A stretch of 64,000 bases of DNA. Source: Marinilabiliaceae bacterium. Lineage in GTDB: Bacteria > Bacteroidota > Bacteroidia > Bacteroidales > VadinHA17. Below the pieces are notes generated by a model that saw nothing but the letters and a program-made list of their open reading frames with translations, ran no database searches and was not told the DNA's origin. Position 1 is the stretch's first letter. The number at the start of each line of letters is the position of its first letter. The DNA lies in the NCBI GenBank assembly GCA_036350795.1, contig JAZBNV010000028.1, positions 5,235 through 69,234 of the forward strand, read 5' to 3'. Made by a program: the position numbers and the translations under genes. Positions 58,659 to 64,000 of this stretch are shown here, piece by piece.

Positions 58659-61600
58659 CTATCTGATAATAACTAATCTTCTGTTATAAGTTCCATTTTT
58701 AGTTTCTATTCGTAAAATATAAACTCCTTCAGCAGTATCGGCTATAGAAATCTCATTATATCCGGAAGTAAAAGCTACATCCTTTCTGGAAATTACCCTG
58801 TTACCCTGTAATCCGATAAGCGTTACTTTACCTATATTTTCGGTATTAATACCTTTAATATAGATTAGCTCTGAGGCGGGATTAGGATATATTGCAAATC
58901 CAGATAGCATATCAGGCTGGTTTATGCCTGTAGCAAGAACCTCGGTAGTGATTTCTATGCCTGATACAGTAGCCAGAATAGAAATTGAGTCAGCAACAGG
59001 TGTTAGTATTAAGAGTGGATTAGCCGGATCCATCGGCAGGCCTTTATAGTCAACAATAAACTTATATTCATCATTCGGAAGTCCTTTAAATTCAAAGTAG
59101 CCACTTTCATCTGTGATATCATAAGCTTCCACCTGGCCACTTGAGTTATTGACAAGGTAAACCAGGATTCCCGCCATTGAAGCAGAGCCCGCCTTGCTTT
59201 CTCCAAATGTTACAACAGTATTGCCTTTACCGCTTCCTTCAACTACATTGCCATTTATTGTTCCATCCCCGCTGCCTTCGCCGGGTTTGGCTACCAGGTT
59301 AATATCCTGGTTGCTTAAATCAGAGTTTACTGTTACATAGCTTGCATTATAGAGGTCCGGTACATCTCCCAGGTATGTTGGAAGAAATTCAGGGTATTCA
59401 TCAGGATCAGGATAGAATCTTACAGTGTATTCGTCCTCAGTAAGGTTATTAAAAGTATAACTGTTGGTTCCGATAATACCAATTAACTGTTCATAGTTAT
59501 ACGATCCTGCCCTGTAAAGGGCTGCATAGCCCTTGCTTACTTCTGAGATGCCATTGTCTTCAAAAATATTACCACTTAATGAGTATACAAGAGCAGCAGC
59601 ATTAATTGATATTTCCCTATCAACTGAATTAAGTTCAGCGTCAGTTATTGTAAGAAGTACCTCATAAGTGCCAATATCATTAAAAGTATGTACAGGGCTT
59701 TGCTCCGTGCTGACCTCACCATCGCCAAAACTCCAGTCGAAGGAGTAGGGTGAAGTACCACCGCTTACGCTAACTGTAAAGTCAATTTCCAGGGGGACAC
59801 TTCCACTGAGCTGACTTGCATTTATAAGAGCCCGCAGCGGAGCTATTCCCTCTTCAGCTGTTCCAGACAGAGTAATAGTAATTGTATCTTCGTCGGTGTC
59901 ATTTGATGCTATTCTATAACTGGCTGATTTACTACCTGCAAACAGCGGTGAAAACCATATAGAATCTGTTACACTTTCGCCGCCTGCAAGTGTTCCGTTA
60001 AAACCTTTATAAACGAATTCATACATATCTCTGCCCAATATTGCAGTGCTGCTTACAGTAAGGTCTGAAGTCTCGGTATTGGTCAGGGTAATAAGCATCA
60101 GGGATTCTTCTCCGACACTTATATTCCCAAAGTCGATGCCTGCTTCAGAAACAGCCAGGTTCCTTTCAACAGATGTTCCCATAAGACTGATAACCATGGG
60201 ATTGGAATATGTGGAATTGGAGTAGATATTTATACTTGCAGTACAATCATCTGCAATTGTTGGGTTGAAAGTTACCTCAACTTCGCACGATTCTCCGGGA
60301 GCTATGGAGGTGCAACTCTGACTTATTGAAAACTGGTCAGCATTTACACCCGTTAGTGTAATGTTGGAAATTGTAAGATCCAGGTCACCTACGCTACGAA
60401 TCATAAAACTTTTTGTGGACGACTGGTTCATATCAAGATAAGCATAATCCAGAGTGTAAGTGCTTGCTGTAATTAAGGCCCTTGGATACTGGCCGTTTCC
60501 GCTTAGCCTTACCTGCTTATATGGATTTAGTGCATCATTGGACGTGATATTGAGGTAAGAAGTTTGTGCTCCTGTCTTCCTGGGATAAAAGTCGATTATT
60601 GCCTCGCATTGTTCGCCAGGGGCAAGAATGCCACAATCCTGGGATACAAGTGAAAAATCTGTGGGGAATTCATAGCCAAACATTTCATATTTTACATTCA
60701 CGTCAGAAATGATTAGATCTACCTCACCTTCGTTGGATATTTCTACTGTATCCCGCACATGAGTATAAGGAGTAACTGTACCAAGATTTACAGATTCCGG
60801 ATTTACATTCAAGCCCGGAGATGGGGTCCTGGCAAATACCGGAATATCCATAAACAATCTTGAGTTGCTGGTAAAATATATTCTCAGGTAGCTTGAAACG
60901 GCCAGCATTTCCTTTGGTGCAAAAGTTATAGTCAGCGAGTCTTTTATGCCTTGATATAACACAAAACCTGGTTTACTGATAATGAATCCCCTGGGATCAA
61001 GAACCCTGACCGAATCTATCAGTATCCTGTTGGCCATATCATTTAATAATGTAAGTTGAATGGTTTTTGATGAATCAAGCTTTACAAGTCCGAAGTCAAG
61101 AGTGTCCCTGTCCACAGTAAAATACTCTATTGCAGGACGCAGGGCATATTTTACCATACCCTGGTTCTCGTAGAGCAGGTGGATATTGCCATACTCATCC
61201 CCGTCCATGTCAAGCGATAAATCCCAACCTGTAGCTTCCTTTTCAATTGTCTGCTTAATCCATGGACCTGCAATATTAGTTCCATACCTTAGTTCTCCCG
61301 TGGGTTGATGGAAATATGAAACATGTACCGATCCGTTATCATCTGCAACAATTGCATTAGCTCCACTCTGGTTAGCACCGATATCTATCTGTTGGACTTT
61401 CCAGCTTGTTCCATCTTTCCAGGCATATTTAATATTCTCCTTTCCATCCCCATTTGTGCCTCCCGGGTATATAATATGTGGATTATTCTGGGCATCCACA
61501 TCAATATCAAGCACCATCCCTTCCAGCTGGGCCCCTCTCCAGGCTTCTTCAATTACCTCATCCGCATTCCAGCTGCTTATTATAGTATCCTGGCTTTTCC

Positions 61601-64000
61601 TGTAGATTGGTCCAATATTAATACCTATAAAACAGGTATGCGCAAAGCCATCGCTATCCAGAACCATATCAATATGATCATAACCTTCGGGATAAAATAT
61701 GGAAGGATAGGACCAGTCGTCTGCCATACAGTTTTGATACATAAATGGAGCAGTCCAGGCCGCACCTGGTGATTTCTGATAAAACATATGTATGTTATCA
61801 CCAGGACTGAGATCAGCGGCAATGCTTGAAAAACCAGTGTCTGACAGTGCAATAATACTATTGTGCCAGATACCTGCATTCTTGTCTGTAAGGTAAAAAA
61901 GCCGGCTATCTGGCCTCTTGTCGTATATATTATCCGAATAGGCGATATGTATATTACCGCTTTTATCCATTAATATATCACTATCGCTAAATCCACTGAC
62001 TGTATCAAGTAATTCATATTGCCAGATACCATCAGGTATTTTCGAGGCATACACTACAGAATCGGATGTTCCATACACTGCATGTACCTTACCATAGTCC
62101 TCTGCAAACAAGGATGGCTCTTCTCCGATTCCGAGTTCTTCTCCAACCACAATTTTTACCTCGGTCACCTCATTTATAGTATTATTTGAAGGATCGGGAT
62201 CAAAACCGGAACCACTGATTTCTGCTCTGAAATTCAGGTCTCCAATTTCATATGTTCTAAGATATATTTTTAAGATTGCTGCAGAATCATTCTTAAGAGC
62301 ACCAATATTCCAGGTCAGGCTCAGTCCTTCCTCACTTACATTTCCTTTATCAGCATTGAAACTTTCGAGCATCGCATTCACCGGTAAGAGGCATTGGACC
62401 ATTGCGCTGAGTTCATTATCAGGTCCATCATTCGTGGCACTCAGTTCATATACAAGGGTTTTGCCCTTTGGAACAGGATCGGTTTTTTCTACCAGTTCAA
62501 GCATAAGATCCACTCCCGGAGGCCTGTCCCAGATATAGATGTCCCCTTCATCATTCCTGTGATCTTCCCATACCACTCTTCCTTTCGATGTTCTTGGATT
62601 AAGCTGGTCACCTGCCTCAAGACATACAGGAACTATTTCACCGGAGTACGGATTGGTGAATTGGTATGCATAGATGTCCCAGGAGCCATTTTTGTCGTCC
62701 ATATATACAAGCTGACCGTCTGCGATGTGAGCGCCAGTCTGATTACTCCCATATCCCAGGTAAAGGCTCAAAATTGCATCAACATGGTGGAATGACCTGT
62801 ACATGTATAAATCCTTATCGCTTCCCCTTTCATCCGTCCATACAACAGTATAATCAAGTACATTCTTTACGTAAACGGAAGGCCTGGTCTGGTCTCCTGC
62901 TTCTTTACAAATCTTAAACACTTCATCGGTATAAATATTATACCCGTAAATATCAGCATCACCATTCCTGTAATCTTCCCATACTACAATATGACCTGAG
63001 ATTGACGGAAACGCCTGCCTTCCGGATGCAGAACAAATTACTTTTTCCTCAAGTGTAACAAGGTTAAACAGGTAAATATCATAGTCATCACCTCTCAGAT
63101 CCGACCATGTTACATAGGTACCTGATATCTCGGGTGAAGCCTGGAAGCCAGGTTCGTCACATACCGGTATATCACCCTGCCAAGGATAGTGAATGTAAAT
63201 ATCGGACTGACTCTCATTGTGATTTCTTGCATCTTCCCACACTATCCTTTCGCCTGATACCGCAGGCTCCGACTGGAACTCAGGATTCGTAACCAGCGCT
63301 ATCTCCTTTCCCACATCCAGGTGGTACTCATAGATATCCTTATTTCCGTTTCTATCGTCCTGCCACACCACTATTTCTCCATCTATGTCAGGAAGTCTTT
63401 GTATGCCTGCCCCTGTAACAAGCGGTAGCTCGGTAAATGCAGGTACTGTAGTGATATCCTTTTCAAGCGGCTCACTCTTGTTCCCGGATTCATCAACTGC
63501 AAAAACTGCAAAGGGATAGGTTTTGCCCTGCTCCAGGTCCACAGCCTCATATTGTCTCAGGTAGTGCTGTGTACTGCCAATAGCTACACCATCCTTTTCA
63601 ATCTCGTATTTTGTTACACCAAAATCATCATCTGCAGGTACCCAGCTGAATAATGCAGATGTCTCGGTTGTTTCTTCAACAGTTATTGTGGCTTCGTTGG
63701 GCCATGTTGGTTCATGGTCAAGTGGCATTGTATAATCCAGGTGTCCGCCTGAAACCCATTGATCTGCAGCATCTCCTGCTTCAATATTAAAAGAATAGCT
63801 CTGTTGACTAACAAGGCCTCTTATTGTTGTAAATAGAGAATCTCCTGATATAGTATAGCTTGGACCGTCAGTTTGAAGAATCCGATAATACGATATTCCA
63901 TTATCATCAGTAGCACCCGGACTCCACCCAAGCCTTAAAGTTGTTCCGCTTGCTGCCACAGAATACAGGGATGCTCCATCCCAAACAGGTTCTTCATCAT
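58659..64000 (-). CDS. Very large T9SS-secreted multidomain surface protein (FN3, beta-propellers, DUF11, ASH/Ig repeats, PKD, CTD); 5' end lies outside the window
   Basis: Frame stays open to the window edge (...DEEPVWDGASLYSVAAS); FN3 'W.PA.DD.GV..Y'; DUF11 'DPDPSNN'; PKD 'WSFGDG'; CTD 'IYPNPA...GVYILR'. Confidence 0.88.
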   Translation of the reverse strand, partial: DEEPVWDGASLYSVAASGTTLRLGWSPGATDDNGISYYRILQTDGPSYTISGDSLFTTIRGLVSQQSYSFNIEAGDAADQWVSGGHLDYTMPLDHEPTWPNEATITVEETTETSALFSWVPADDDFGVTKYEIEKDGVAIGSTQHYLRQYEAVDLEQGKTYPFAVFAVDESGNKSEPLEKDITTVPAFTELPLVTGAGIQRLPDIDGEIVVWQDDRNGNKDIYEYHLDVGKEIALVTNPEFQSEPAVSGERIVWEDARNHNESQSDIYIHYPWQGDIPVCDEPGFQASPEISGTYVTWSDLRGDDYDIYLFNLVTLEEKVICSASGRQAFPSISGHIVVWEDYRNGDADIYGYNIYTDEVFKICKEAGDQTRPSVYVKNVLDYTVVWTDERGSDKDLYMYRSFHHVDAILSLYLGYGSNQTGAHIADGQLVYMDDKNGSWDIYAYQFTNPYSGEIVPVCLEAGDQLNPRTSKGRVVWEDHRNDEGDIYIWDRPPGVDLMLELVEKTDPVPKGKTLVYELSATNDGPDNELSAMVQCLLPVNAMLESFNADKGNVSEEGLSLTWNIGALKNDSAAILKIYLRTYEIGDLNFRAEISGSGFDPDPSNNTINEVTEVKIVVGEELGIGEEPSLFAEDYGKVHAVYGTSDSVVYASKIPDGIWQYELLDTVSGFSDSDILMDKSGNIHIAYSDNIYDKRPDSRLFYLTDKNAGIWHNSIIALSDTGFSSIAADLSPGDNIHMFYQKSPGAAWTAPFMYQNCMADDWSYPSIFYPEGYDHIDMVLDSDGFAHTCFIGINIGPIYRKSQDTIISSWNADEVIEEAWRGAQLEGMVLDIDVDAQNNPHIIYPGGTNGDGKENIKYAWKDGTSWKVQQIDIGANQSGANAIVADDNGSVHVSYFHQPTGELRYGTNIAGPWIKQTIEKEATGWDLSLDMDGDEYGNIHLLYENQGMVKYALRPAIEYFTVDRDTLDFGLVKLDSSKTIQLTLLNDMANRILIDSVRVLDPRGFIISKPGFVLYQGIKDSLTITFAPKEMLAVSSYLRIYFTSNSRLFMDIPVFARTPSPGLNVNPESVNLGTVTPYTHVRDTVEISNEGEVDLIISDVNVKYEMFGYEFPTDFSLVSQDCGILAPGEQCEAIIDFYPRKTGAQTSYLNITSNDALNPYKQVRLSGNGQYPRALITASTYTLDYAYLDMNQSSTKSFMIRSVGDLDLTISNITLTGVNADQFSISQSCTSIAPGESCEVEVTFNPTIADDCTASINIYSNSTYSNPMVISLMGTSVERNLAVSEAGIDFGNISVGEESLMLITLTNTETSDLTVSSTAILGRDMYEFVYKGFNGTLAGGESVTDSIWFSPLFAGSKSASYRIASNDTDEDTITITLSGTAEEGIAPLRALINASQLSGSVPLEIDFTVSVSGGTSPYSFDWSFGDGEVSTEQSPVHTFNDIGTYEVLLTITDAELNSVDREISINAAALVYSLSGNIFEDNGISEVSKGYAALYRAGSYNYEQLIGIIGTNSYTFNNLTEDEYTVRFYPDPDEYPEFLPTYLGDVPDLYNASYVTVNSDLSNQDINLVAKPGEGSGDGTINGNVVEGSGKGNTVVTFGESKAGSASMAGILVYLVNNSSGQVEAYDITDESGYFEFKGLPNDEYKFIVDYKGLPMDPANPLLILTPVADSISILATVSGIEITTEVLATGINQPDMLSGFAIYPNPASELIYIKGINTENIGKVTLIGLQGNRVISRKDVAFTSGYNEISIADTAEGVYILRIETKNGTYNRRLVIIR

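Overview
Bacteroidota (probably Bacteroidales-like) chromosomal segment. This is inferred from repeated TAnnTTTG promoter boxes, T9SS C-terminal domains, a PorE-like protein and a Bacteroidota-type btu locus. Most of the window is housekeeping or metabolic: pyrBI, queE, pxpABC, pyrG, yidC, def, a BioG-like esterase, phosphatases and two fused aconitase-family dehydratases. It also holds a cobalamin-riboswitch-controlled B12 uptake operon and a probable 6S-type RNA. The standout region is about 15.1-24.6 kb. A 47-aa double-glycine peptide gene that the ORF track missed (16954..17097, minus) sits among a membrane-anchored anti-sigma-like TPR protein, a sensorless degenerate histidine kinase, an exported TPR-CHAT (caspase-like) protease, an ECF sigma factor, and a C39-peptidase ABC exporter with HlyD. 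No peptide-modifying enzymes are present. The arrangement suggests a peptide-signal (quorum-sensing-like) circuit read out by proteolytic release of an ECF sigma factor. All calls come from manual motif reading; no database searches were run.
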